From Octopus sinensis (Eukaryota): a stretch of 64,000 nt of DNA. Every line of letters begins with the position of its first letter. Position 1 is the stretch's first letter. The stretch lies in the NCBI RefSeq assembly GCF_006345805.1, contig NC_042998.1, forward strand, positions 40,610,001 through 40,674,000, given 5' to 3'. This document shows positions 51,544 to 64,000 of the stretch, one piece after another. A program made the position numbers and the translations under genes. Below the pieces are notes generated by a model that worked only from the letters and a program-made list of their open reading frames with translations, searched no databases and was not told where the DNA came from.

Positions 51544-53213
51544 CCAGAACATTTTCATTTACCAGATGAACAACAGAAAACTCACTTAAAATAAAGACCA
51601 TTCACTGTTCAGAATGTTTGTTATTAGTACTGAATGTAGCTGTAATGAAAGTATCATAACTGGAGTAAGAAGAGGTGTTACCTCCTTTGGTATTAAAGGT
51701 CTTCTCTCTTCATGCAAAGCTAGATTGCATGAAGGATGTCAAATAAATATGGTGATGCATCCGAGCAGAAAGTAACAAGACAATTTGCAAAAAAGTGCAG
51801 AGAAATTGGCTAAGTATAATCTATTGGGTGTTCAAGGTCAACTTGCACAAGTGAGCTGAGAAAAAAAGATTAATATTAAAACGTCATCCCATTAATCATG
51901 TAGGTTAGGCTACTACATTTGTATGGTTAAGTGATACAAATAGACAACGCTTGTTGTATGAAACATTTCCAATAGCATAGATTGCCATGGAAGAGGAAGA
52001 TATAGTACGATTTGGTAAAGTTGAATCTCAGGATGTTAAGACTTACAGATAAAATGATACAAGATTGAAAGAAGTAGAGTAACAGATATATCCAACATGA
52101 TAGTTATGACACAAGGATGACAGTGGTGGTGGTGGTGGTGGTGAAAGTGATGATGATGAGAATGATGATATATTTGGTTAATGTTTGAAAATATATGCAG
52201 AGTTGCTATGGGTGTGAGTTAGTATACCAAACTGTTCATCGCATGGTCATGAGTTCAAATCTTACTTCCACAAACCTTTGCTTTTTACTAAATTCATATT
52301 TGGCTAACATCATCTTTTATCTGCTTGATAAAGTTGTTTTATACATGTGATAGTCTATAAATAGAAATATCACATTACACACACACACATATATATGTAT
52401 ATATGCAATGTGATATTGCTATTTATAGACCACCATCATGTGACTGACTGAATATCCTCTGGGAAGAAGCTTGTTGAGTAGCAGAAACACTTTAGAAGCA
52501 TCTTTCTAAAACCACTAATTCAAAATTTAAATGCTAGCATCAAAGTAAGGAATTTTATCTTCAGAACCAGTTTAACAGCATCAGTAAAGGATAAATTCAC
52601 AGTAGGGCTAGCTACTAGATGAATTAAGAATGTTACACCTCAAGTACAGGTTGGGACTGAGCCATGCTCTTTATGCATTTATTTATCTATGCTTTTAGAA
52701 ATTAGTGTCTCGGCAAATTGGCTATATTGGTAACCCATGAAATAAAAAAAATGTAGCAAGCAACAAAAGCAGTATAAGTTTATAGACATTTTGGAACTTT
52801 ACCAAAATTTCATCATTCTACCCTCAATCCACCTGTGGTGAATTTAATCTTTATTGTTGTTACTAAAATGGTTCTAAAGATAATATTCCAAAATTGATGC
52901 CAACACTAAAATCTTTTCTTTGGTGTTTATATTGGCTGAAAAGATTTATCATTCTCATCTCAGTGACTTATGTGTATTTTCTCATTATTATCTGAAAGAA
53001 TGTTCCACTGTGTCTACAGTGTTTATTGCAGCTATTCTGATTCATCTTACTCTTGATGGAAACATGAGAACTCGAGGCCAATGTCACTTTCTATAAAAAT
53101 GTAAGTCAACTATAAATGCATTTGAAAACATGTAAAGAGAGTTAACAGTATCATGTAGTATTTGAAAATTTGTAATTACATTGAAGAGAGGAGAAAAAAC
53201 TCTACAAAAGTAA

Positions 53214-53216
<3 letters not shown>

Positions 53217-53282
<66 letters not shown>
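53217..53282. repeat. (GT)n microsatellite
   Basis: Directly visible. Confidence 0.97.
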
Positions 53283-53284
<2 letters not shown>

Positions 53285-53849
53285 TAATAGTGAGAAAATT
53301 CAAAACATTCCTTTAAGTGGATATATAGCAACATATAAAAGAATAAACCTACCTAATTTAAAAATATTTCAAATTTATATATAAAGGCTTAGATTCAACT
53401 ACAAAGCAATGACACAAGCAAACATTCAGGTTAGGTTTCTGGATTGAAGATGCCTTGCTTCCTCTCTCCTGCCAGTCTAATAGGCTCTTTAAAGGGTTAT
53501 GGGTATTGTCTTCTTGCCAGAGAAAAAAAAAATGAATAAATGAAGTAAAACAATTTAACAAATATAAGCTATACTTAAACATTTGATCATTTATTACTGA
53601 TAATTAATCAAATGTTTAAGTGTAGCTTAGGTTTTAATCAGTCACAGTAGTTTTAAGATAGAAATGGGTAACCTTGTGTCTGTGAGTAAAATTTCACTTG
53701 CCTCTTGATTTGAAACTACCCACTGAGGAAATCTCTAAAACCTTGAAAATACATTTAGACTAAAACAGATCAAAACAGTAATTTTATGCAGGTGCATTCC
53801 AATGAATTTGTAAAATTAAAGATTCACTATTTTTCTTAGGACAAATGCA

Positions 53850-54260
53850 CCCCAACAAGTTATCATGATCTTTCAAATCATCTCTGGCATATAATCCAGG
53901 TTTCCTGCATATAATCTACAATGTATATTTCTGGTTTTCGACACTGGCAGTTCTTGTCTGCACCTTGTAAGTTTTACAATCTATATCATGTTAAGTAAGG
54001 TTTGTAACTTATTGTAACATTGTTTCTGTTGAATAGACAGTGAAATTTATAGCTTGCTGGGGAGAGGAAGTATTATCACACAAGTTTTAACATTAATACT
54101 GAATGATGAGTTCAACGTTCCACTTCTTGGTTTTAAGTATTCGATTATTTGTAGTAATGGATGATTACTGAACTTATGGCAAGACAGTTCCTCTCCATAA
54201 TCAACAAACACTTTCTAAAGAACCATAAATTTTAATACCAATGTTCTTGTTGGCAAGAAA
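53850..54260 (+). mobile_element. Very old Penelope-like fragments
   Basis: MARQFLSIINKHFLKNHKF (IAR.FL.LI.KHFP..HKF-like) and SNHLWHII (SNHPP.II-like). Confidence 0.45.
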
Positions 54261-55260
54261 ATTCTGAATATGAATTGGAGCAAAAATTTTACTGTTAGTT
54301 ACTGTTTCTAATGCAAACTGATCAACCATGAAGAAAGAGTAGGCTCTATTTTCATTTAGTCAGATTTACTAAAGCTGTGTAACATGTTTTGTCTGTATTT
54401 GTCTTGCACTTTTGACCTGTAGCCAGTCATCCATTTTCTTAATTTCACATAAATGTATTTATTGTCAAGAAATAAAGTTATTCGTAACTTTATATAATAC
54501 ATGTGCACCTTCTATCACATACACAGGTGTACGTATCACTGTGCAGTCAAATTTCTATAGCTGAAAATAATTTTGTACATGAAAAATAGATTTCTTGTGG
54601 ATAAACACAAAGGTTAAATATTTTCTCCTATTGACTACAACTTGCATTTGTGTTGGAAATGGTGATAAATGTGACACATAGCTAATTAATTATTGTATTT
54701 CGGTGGCACTGTTCCATCATTATATTTTTGGAAGATAATAATATCTGGAGTCACTTCTCAAAATACAATGACTGCTGGGTTTTAAAATCTCATCCTGCCT
54801 TAAAGTGTAAGAAACACTAAAAAAGATTCATTTGAAGTTTTTAGCCATAGTTTCTTATTTGAAGAGGCCCAGAAGATATCAGTATCAATAAACTAAACCC
54901 AATCTCATTACTTCACTGGTACTTTATTTCATTCACACTGGAAGGATGAAAAGCAAATTTGGCTTTGGTGGGATTTCAGTTCAGAATGTGAAAAGCTGGT
55001 ACATTGGGCATTTATCTGACATGCTATCAATTTTGTTACATCAATGTCATATTATTATAGTTGATTGAACTGATACCAGTGTATTATTGGAACATATTTC
55101 CTTAATACCTCCAGAATGATAATAAATAAACCTATCCTGGTAGGGTTTAGTTAGATCAGTCTAATATTCTTTCATTTTGTCACCTCCATTATTCTCTATA
55201 TACAGAAAAATAACTGTACAAGACTCTGAATATAAAGTAACATATGTAATAAAATCTTAG

Positions 55261-55281
55261 TTTGCTGATATGGCTGAAGAG
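55261..55281 (+). CDS. Candidate 21-nt micro-exon (FADMAEE; possibly a start-codon exon M-A-E-E)
   Basis: aaaatcttag acceptor, consensus GAG|gtaagt donor, and ATG at 55270 in gatATGG context. No supporting downstream exon identified. Confidence 0.25.
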
Positions 55282-55645
55282 GTAAGTATTAGAAATGACA
55301 TGATTTCTGAATCTACTTGAAAATAAATGCTTTCTGACAAAATTCACAAGTCAATACAAATAGGAAAATTCCTTCTTTTCTTTACATTATCTTTACAAAT
55401 GACACAGATCAGAAGAGAGATTTTTCTCTCTATGCCTACATATATAAACTGGAAGAAGCAGTAATAAAACTAAAAGGATAGCTTGCTTTGTTGAACAACT
55501 TTACTAATGCTGATATAAATGTGGACTACCATTAGGTTATTTATTGATGGAACAATATCTGCAATTGAAGAAAAGCAAAAGGATAATCAAAGAGTATTTG
55601 TTGTTTGGGTTGTTTCTTTGAATGTCTACTGCTGATATTTTTTGC

Positions 55646-55679
<34 letters not shown>

Positions 55680-56701
55680 GCGTGTGTGTGCGTGTGTGTG
55701 TGTGTGTGGAAAAAAAAAAGGTTTTGTCAAAAACTTGCTAGAACACATCCTAAGATTTTAATATGTGTAGCAAATATACACAGACAAGAAGTTTAGTTTC
55801 AGCATTGTCATTTTGGTCAATCAGAAATTTTATCCTCACAGACTTGTAGTCTGTGAATCATTTTTGGTTAGCTCCACAAAAATACATGACTTTTTCTAGA
55901 CTAACCATTCTTGTATGTGCTATTGTAGCCAATCAGAAATTTTACAAATCAGAAACTCATCGTCTTTTGAGAAATCATTTTTAGCTATTTTAACAAATCA
56001 AAATTTATACACTCTCTCTTGAATCATTTGCTTGACAACAGATTAGTAACTCAGCTATTCAGTGCTTTTCTCTCAGTAGATATGAAAGATAAGTCATATT
56101 ATTTTGCAATATCTAACTAGATAATCTATGGCCATTTAGTTACTTGCACAGATTTGACTGTATGATATTAGTTATTCCATTGACATGAACATTTTTTACA
56201 CACTTCATCCAATTGAAATTGTAAAGAACAAACAGTCTCATACATATATTTATGTAAAGTGCCCCCCACCATGACTGTTGATCATGAGGAAGTATGTATT
56301 TTGGGTGAGATTTTCACTGGAGATGATTGATATATAAGAAGGCAACCAGCAAAAGGTCAGAATACAAATGGGTGAAAATAGAAGGGCACAGAGGAAAAGA
56401 GTGAAATGAAAGAGTGTGAGGTATAAATGTTGACTTCCTGTAAGACACAATACCCCGCAAAATTGCATCAGTCAGCCAATCCTGATATTACAAGAATCAT
56501 ACTAAGTTTGTTAGCATTAATTTTGAAGGATGTGAGGGGCTCTCTAAAGTAAATGAAAAAGTTGTAATCCCTTCTAACATTTATTTCTGTTTGGTAATAG
56601 AATCATTGCTGGAATGGACTTCTTAGAAAATTTTAACAGGATGCTAAGAGATAAAGAATACGGCAAAACCAAAAAAAGAAAATAATAATAATAACAATAA
56701 C

Positions 56702-56734
<33 letters not shown>

Positions 56735-57479
56735 CAGAAAAAATTAATGTAAAGGCTAGTAATTTGAGTTTTCATAAGGCTCAAGCTGTCAGAATTGTTA
56801 CAAGTAGAAAGAAAGAAATGAAGAAAAGATTGAGTGATGTAACAATGTGTGCAAGTGGAGAAAGTAGAAGGTAATCTTTAAAAAAAGAGTGAAAAATGGA
56901 TAGAAAGGGGTAATACAGAAGAGAAGTGTAACTTGTCAAAGGGAAGTCTCAATTCAATCTTATTGAAGCATTAGTAAAAGAAAATTTCTGTTTCATATAT
57001 AAAAAGATTCCTTGCATTATTTAAACTCTGCGTTATGATTATAAAAGTATTTATTTGTTCAGTTATTTTTGGAAAAAATCTATAAGAATGCATCATGAAA
57101 ACTCAATGGGAAAATAGGTTTCACATTGCAGAATTTCAGATTGCGGAAAAGCTTTCAGGAATGCAAACTTTCCAAAATATGGAAGATTGCTGTATATGAT
57201 GAATAACTATGACCTGTAGGTTATCGACTGGTAGGTTGAAGTATCAAGCTAAACATTCAGCAAAATCGAAGTCATTGTTCTGGAAATTGAAAATACATTT
57301 TATGAAAAGATTCACTGAAATTACTCCCAGTCACACCAATACATAACAGCTTGTGAAGTCTGTCTGACAAACTGTAGAGGGGTTTAGGAAAATGTAGTTA
57401 TTGTTATTGTTTAGTTCTTGATCAGTCCTGTTCAAGTAGACCTATGATGAAATATGTACTGACTATGATCATACCATCA

Positions 57480-57930
57480 ATTTGTATAGCAGAGAATATA
57501 TTATCCAATGGGCCTTTCTCTTTTTATAAGATGATAGGTGTGATTTGAGGAAAATCAGGTTGCTATCTCTGACAGGCTGAATGATCACATGGATACACTG
57601 AAACTCTGATGTCCGGCAGCTGACTTGGCAGACACCCATAAAATTATTAACCATCTTACAAACAATAACTCTGAGCACCTTTTCAAACTCCACCTGTCTG
57701 ACACCCATGGACATGTTTACAAAGTCAGAAAACAGCACAGCTTCCATGACTTTCGGAAATATTTTTTCACGCTATGAGTTGCTGAAGTATGGAACAAACT
57801 GCCAGCATCAGTTGTTAATTGTCGGAGCACTGCATCCTTCAAAAACCCCATGCTTTCTGAGATTTGCCAACACAACACCTGATTTTCTCCCCTCCATACA
57901 CACGCAAGCATGTATCTGACTCATACACTG
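57480..57930 (+). mobile_element. CR1/L2-clade LINE 3' fragment, decayed
   Basis: THKIINHL..NNSEHLFKLHLSDTHGHVYKVRKQHSFHDFRKYFF...AEVWNKLPASVVNC. Confidence 0.75.
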
Positions 57931-58474
57931 TTTACTTTCCAGACATTTGTACATTACTGCTTATGCTTTACATGCACTTTTGACAAGTTGTGGTGCACCT
58001 GAGCACTGAATACAATAATTTCATTATTATATTATTATCACAGAAGCTGGAGACTTGGAAGTTAGACTTAGAAATTTCTACTGGTATTAGAAATATTAAG
58101 GACAGTGATGTATCTTGTTCAGGAACTTTTAGAAGTTCTGCACTAAGAGATACAATTAGCCAAAGAAACTTCTGAGTGATGAATCACCTTTTTAGAGGAG
58201 AAGATAGGACGTCTGACTGAGATGGAAGAAGTTTCAGGACCATAGTGCTGAAAATTGGAGTTGTAGGTCATATAAGTTAGAAAGGGAAAATAAATGTATG
58301 AGGGCAGGGGGACAATTCTGCTATTGAACTTATGTTCATGGGAAAGAGGTCCAGGTCTGCAAATAGTTTGATTTTGGTAGAGAGAAAACTAACTAGATAT
58401 ATTAGAGTGACTTTGTATTAAGAAACTATGTATTTCCTTGACTTTGAAGATAACATTTGATCTTATATATATCA

Positions 58475-58487
58475 GATTAAATGCACA

Positions 58488-58538
<51 letters not shown>

Positions 58539-58640
58539 ACACACACACACGCTCACTCATATGTGCCACACACACACGTGTGTGTATATGTTGTGTATTA
58601 GTGTGTATATATATGTGGGTATATATATATATATATATAA
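58475..58640. repeat. (CA)n/(TG)/(TA) microsatellite
   Basis: Directly visible. Confidence 0.93.
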
Positions 58641-58880
58641 CTGGTTTCATTCTGATTCCATCTACCAATTTCACTGAAAGGCTTTGGGTAACTTGTGGCT
58701 ATAGTTGAAGACATTTGCCCAAGGTACCACATAGTGGGAAAGAACCCAGAACCATGTGGTTAGGAAGCAAACCTCTTACTATGCAACCATGCTTGCACCT
58801 ATAAATATATATATATATGTATGTATGTAACCACATGTGAATCGTTGGTGACTTCCTTTCTATTGGATTTTCCTCTGTTT

Positions 58881-58904
58881 CTGAAGAAGAGCATTGCTCA
58901 AAAC
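58881..58904 (+). ncRNA. Degenerate minimal hammerhead-ribozyme-like motif (Penelope-type)
   Basis: CTGAAGA-a-GAGC-att-GCTC-AAAAC. The core should read GAAAC, so it is probably inactive. Confidence 0.3.
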
Positions 58905-59031
58905 ATTAAACCATCTTTCTTTCCTTCTCTGAGCGTCTGCTAATACTTTACATGTACCACGTCCTCATATTTTTTTGTGTTTGTTCTTCTTTTTTGGGAT
59001 TTACTATATATATGTATATATTTTATATATA

Positions 59032-59071
<40 letters not shown>

Positions 59072-62000
59072 AACTAATAAATATTATTATGCAATGACTG
59101 AATCTATGGTTGAATCTCTAAATAGCAGCCAAATACCACAGACTACACAGGACTGCATTAAGAAATGATAGTTTAGGTAGTGTAATCAAGGGTAACATTT
59201 AAAAAATGAAAGGCAAGATGTAATGGTCAAAGAAGGCTGATTTCAGGCTTGTCAACAGTAGCAACAACAACTACAACAGCAACTTCTGTTATTTATGTTT
59301 TACTGCTATCCATGAGTTAACGATGTTTTTCATTATATTTTATATCAATTATATTCATCATAGTTTATTCTCCTGACATATTCTGTACTTTTTGCTAGTA
59401 TACAAAGAAATGCTTATATTTCTTGCTGGTATGCAAAGAATCAGCAACTAACTATACTATTATGATGATATGTATAGTATTCATTCTATCTTTCTACAAA
59501 TTTCTACTAACATTTTTCATGTTGTCACCATTAGATATAGTCTCACCTGTATTCTCCACAAAGTGTTTCTCTATTAGTTTATGTTATTGTGGCAGCCTAT
59601 GAACATAAATAAAAGGCTTGCTTTCATAGACTATATTGAACTTGGTATTTGCCATATATATTTTATTGCAAACTAAGTCTACATGGCATTAGATGAGTGA
59701 ATAATTTATGAGTCATGTTCTCTTTTGACTAAACTGAAGAATAAAAGAAATATCACTTAGCAAAACTTCATCCTCTGGAATATAAGACTTTAAGTTGTAA
59801 TATTGTCTTGATTTCTTCTATTATTGAAATTGGATGCTATCAAATTACTTGTGTAACACAAACTTTCAAAACAATAAAATTTGTACTACTATCATACTAA
59901 AGAAGGGAAAACAGCTTTTTCAACAACTATTTTGAAACTATTGAAATATTCTTCTTTGAGATCTAATCATAATTAATACTTCTTAAATTTGATCTTGTGC
60001 TCACTGCATTGTCAACCAACTCTGATTTCATTTCAAGTGAGATTTGTAATTTTAGGTTTATAATTGATGAAGCCTTAATAAGAAGAGTAAACGGTTTTGT
60101 TTCACTTAGTGGTAAAAATTCCCTTATACATTTGCTCTTTGAAACGGATGTTTCAAATTGCAAGTGTTGTTAAATACTTTATTTGTAGTACCATGCCACT
60201 TAAATATGAGAGTCACACTTTTGTAGCAAGAGGCTACCTTATTATTCACACAGGAAATACATCAAGTCATAGAGGAAGCTTTAACTCACACATTCAACCT
60301 GCTAGAAATAACAGCCTGATCTTCAAATCACACCTAATCATCTTGAAAAAGAGAGGGACACATTTGATAATGCAGTTTAATACACACACACACACACATA
60401 CACACACACATATATATATAAAGATGTTATGGTTATGACTAAAATGCTTCTAGAATGAAAGTCTGCTTGAGCAGGGATGAGTTGCAACTAAACAACAGCT
60501 TCTACATGAAATACATAAGGCACTAGGTATGGATATCACCACATCAATGAGATGTGATGGTAATCATACTTTTCCCACTGATACATGCATTGTGAAACTG
60601 CAATAACTAAAAATCAAAAGTGGATGGCAAATTGGCTCACTGTTATGGAATATTAAACAAAACTGTAAGGCAGTTAATCAAATACTTTGCTATCACACAT
60701 CTCACTGCTCTATTCATGAAATATATAATAAATAACATGCATTGATGATTAATTATTTATTCATTTAATTCTTTGGACATGAAGTCTGTTGATGCTTCTA
60801 CATTAAATATTTTTGCAAACTACAAAAAGAATAATGGTATTATTTAATATTTCATTTTAAAAAAATGGAATTCAAATCTCAGTAACAAAGGAAAATATAA
60901 GTATTCTAGAAAAGCAGCTTTCTAATGCAAAAATGTATGATTGAAAGATCAGTTCTTTTATAATGTTAAATAGAAAATTATACTTATTAGAAAGATGAGT
61001 TATTTTATTATTTAAGTTGAATATTTACAATAGCAGGATGATATAGGGGTCTATGTTATTGTATTCCGATTATTGTGTGGAACAGGTGTCTATCTTAAAA
61101 TTAAAATATTTCTTCTCTGAATTCCTAATTTATGAAAATAGTTGTTTTTATTAGAAACACATGTGCATACACATAGTGATATATATGTAGAAACACACAC
61201 ATGAATTTAAACACAATTACATGGGATGGTAAATCATATAGAAAAAGGTGGGAAAGTGAGATGTGTGTGAAAGCAAAAGACAAACTGGTTGACATTTGGT
61301 TCAGAGATAAAGAGCCTTGTTGTAAGAACAATTATCAAAATAGTTTATATACATTTCATAATATTTGTGTTTCTGGATAAGTTTCCCACACTGGATGTAA
61401 CGTTTAATATCTAAATGGTGACTATAAATATGGTGGAAACAAGTTAGATTATTACAATCATATAGTTGTACCACTTTAATACAAAGACCATGATTTTAGC
61501 TGATAGTGACAGCAAGTGATAAAAGATTACATACATGTCACTCACACTTGACATTCAGTAGTAACATAATGTATTGTTTAGCATCAGAAAGTCGCATTAA
61601 GATTTTTCAAATGCTTTAAAAGCACAGATTCTTATAAACCATGATGAAATAATAATACAATATATAATGTATATCATGTTATGTTGCTGTAGTTGAGTAA
61701 CCTTGGTCAGTTCTGCTCCAGCAGACCTATGATGATAGATAGTTAATCAAATGTTTGAGGAAAATCCTAAATGTTTTCAACCCTGGATATGCTGAATTTC
61801 AATCTGTTATGAAACCATGCTGTGCTTATTGCTATTTAATGCTTAGCCATGTGGAGTGAAGTGCATAGGATTCAAAATATATTATGTTTGTTCTCTTTGT
61901 AAACCTGTCCTTGAGCAACTGAAAAGTGCAACAGAGATATCAGTAATGAACTTGGTTTGTTTACTGTGGATTTACAGATGGTGGTTGGAAGCCCACCACC

Positions 62001-62099
62001 TAATACGATGTTAACGTACATATGAAGCAGTAATTACTTTGCTGTGCTTGTGCATTTTGTGGCTGTTTGGATTAGATTAGAATAATGGTGTCTATAGAC

Positions 62100-62760
62100 T
62101 TGTATTATTATGATTTGAATATGTCTGGATGTTTGTGAGTAGATATGTAGTTTCAAGGGCCTGCAATAGTTATTTCTGCACATGCCCTACAGGCAGGATT
62201 GATGGAACAGAGAGACCACTTCTATGAGATCCTTCTGCAAACTTCCATGATGAAGATTGACAGAAACTTCATCATAACACCTGGCAACTTCAATGGACAT
62301 ATTATTCATCATGGATCATGGATTCTATGACATACATGGTGGCTATGGGTTTGGCTCAAGAAATGAGAAGGGTATAAGTCTTTTAGAGTTTCCTGATGCA
62401 ACTGATCAAACAAATTGCGACACACACTTTAGGAAACCAGACAATTGCCTCGTCACTTACCAATCTGGCAAATATGCAGGCCTGATATATTACATTCTCA
62501 CCAAGAAGCAGGACAGAAGAGCTGTTCTACACACCTGTGCACTATGCAACATATATTAGTAGTTAGTGACTTCTGAGTCAGAGCTTGGCAGACACAGAAA
62601 TAGAAGACAATATGGAGAAGAAATAAATGGAAACTAAGAGTTCTTGGATTTGGGAATAGGTTAAGAGAAATCCTAATTGATGCATAAAGCAGTAGGGAGA
62701 AAGATTTAGATAACTGTAGCATAGATGATAGCTGGAAATGTCTACAAAAGACAGTATTCA
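62100..62760 (+). mobile_element. RTE-clade LINE endonuclease fragment, decayed
   Basis: GNFNGH, GFYDIHGGYGFGSRNEKG..LLEF, THFRKP...LVTYQSG and YYILT. Confidence 0.8.
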
Positions 62761-62764
62761 AGAG

Positions 62765-63190
62765 TAATACAACACTTCGCAAATATCTCCTTCGAGTAAA
62801 ACTACCAATAGAAGAGGTTATGACCAAAAACTGCGTGTACTCCATCCCATGCAGCTGTGGTAGGTCATACAAAGGCGAAACATGCTGCCCCCTCAAAATA
62901 AGGGTAGAGGAACATTGCAAAGCTGTGACATGAGGAGATAATGATAAATCAGGTATAGCTGATCATGTATACAAAAATGGAGACCACCTTCCCCTGTGGG
63001 ATGAAGTTATAATATTAGACAGAGAACACCAATGGAAAATATAAAAAATAAAAGAAGCAGCACATATGGTAAGACACAACAACCTCCTAAGCAGACCGAG
63101 TGCAGATATGAATAGTATATAGGAACTGGTATTAAGGAAGGATAGGAAAATATTAGATTTATAAGCCCTAAAATTCTCTCCATAATTGCC
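62765..63190 (+). mobile_element. Penelope-like GIY-YIG endonuclease 3' fragment
   Basis: KNCVYSIPCSCGRSYKGETCCPLKIRVEEH...KSGIADHV...PLWDEVIILDRE..W...KIKEAAH. Confidence 0.85.
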
Positions 63191-63410
63191 CACGGACATA
63201 TGGGGTAATAGTTAAGAGCATGGGCTACTAACCACAAGATTCTGAGTTCGATTCCAAGCAGTGACCTGAATAATAACAATAATAATAACATCAAAAAATA
63301 CCTTAGGAATCAGAACCCAAGTTCCCCAAGACACCTGATAAAGACTGGGGGGTATATCAGCTGAAACGTGTTAACAACAAACAAGATAAGGACAAATATC
63401 TGTTAATAAT
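63190..63410 (+). mobile_element. tRNA-headed short repeat / pseudo-LTR with a degenerate hammerhead-like core
   Basis: ggggtaatagttaagagcatgggctactaaccacaag...gagttcgattcc head. CTGATAA...CAGCTGAAAC at 63335-63367. Confidence 0.5.
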
Positions 63411-64000
63411 GTACATAATTCCTCATCTCTTAAACATAGAACTGCATGACAAACTTATTCTTCAGTTTATAAGATTAAAAGTATTGTATTTTCTGGCATA
63501 TAAGGCACACATTTTTTCAAAAGATTTCCCCACAAAAGTTCCATATGCTTTATATGCTGAAGGTCAGATGTGGGTAGACTTCGTTAGTGTTATCAATGAT
63601 GGACAATACTGGTGACAGTGGAGGTCAGTGGTAATATTATTGTAACTTAGTCTACCATAATAAATTACCAAAGGGTGTCACTCTAAATTTTCAAGGTTTC
63701 TCTACCCAAAAATGTGTGAGACATTCAGCTTGGGATTTTGGGTCAGCTGCAGTTTTTCTCCCAGATTAGGCCTGTCAAAATTGGGGTGTGCCTTATATGC
63801 CCGAAAATATAAGTCAAGGTCATGTACTATGAGTGAAGGTGAGTTCTGATGTTTCTTATTTTGCAAATTTTACTATCTTTAGTAATGCAGATCACTTCTA
63901 GTTACTATATTTATAGCCCTGAGATTACTAGTTCAAAGAAATATGGCCAAGCCACTTAGCATAAAAATCTCAATCTGCAAAGTCAGAGGGTCAACCAAGA

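Noticed and set aside
53840-53899. Apparent 60-nt exon DKCTPTSYHDLSNHLWHIIQ
   Set aside because: Better explained as a decayed Penelope SNHPP.II motif, with a further Penelope motif ~300 bp downstream. The donor is weak.
57050-57350. Possible Polinton-like PolB/endonuclease or pogo DDE remnant (KIEVIV...KYIL*KDSLKLLP)
   Set aside because: Needs several frameshifts, and different frames suggest different families. Too ambiguous without an HMM search.

Overview
This is AT-rich eukaryotic DNA, most likely intronic or intergenic sequence from an octopus-like cephalopod (inferred from the SINE/MITE families and the extreme microsatellite density). It is almost entirely transposon-derived, and no host protein-coding gene could be identified with confidence. 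Nearly all short ORFs in the track are microsatellite read-throughs or antisense to transposons. Main elements: (1) a young, GC-rich, near-intact CR1-clade LINE on the minus strand (~15.9-19.8 kb). Its ORF2 has one nonsense codon and no AUG before the endonuclease, and it overlaps ORF1 in the -1 frame across two in-frame canonical slippery heptamers. (2) An ~7.4 kb nest of R4/Dong-type restriction-like-endonuclease retrotransposons stacked in (AAT/GAT)n microsatellite (41.7-49.1 kb). (3) Several Tc1/mariner elements with TIRs and TA target duplications, including an apparently chimeric mariner and a tail-to-tail inverted pair. (4) Decayed copia, gypsy, RTE and Penelope fragments, a 272-nt Penelope-associated hairpin and degenerate hammerhead-like motifs. 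(5) Many tRNA-derived SINEs and MITEs. All alignments, translations and identities were done by eye, and boundaries marked approximate are approximate.
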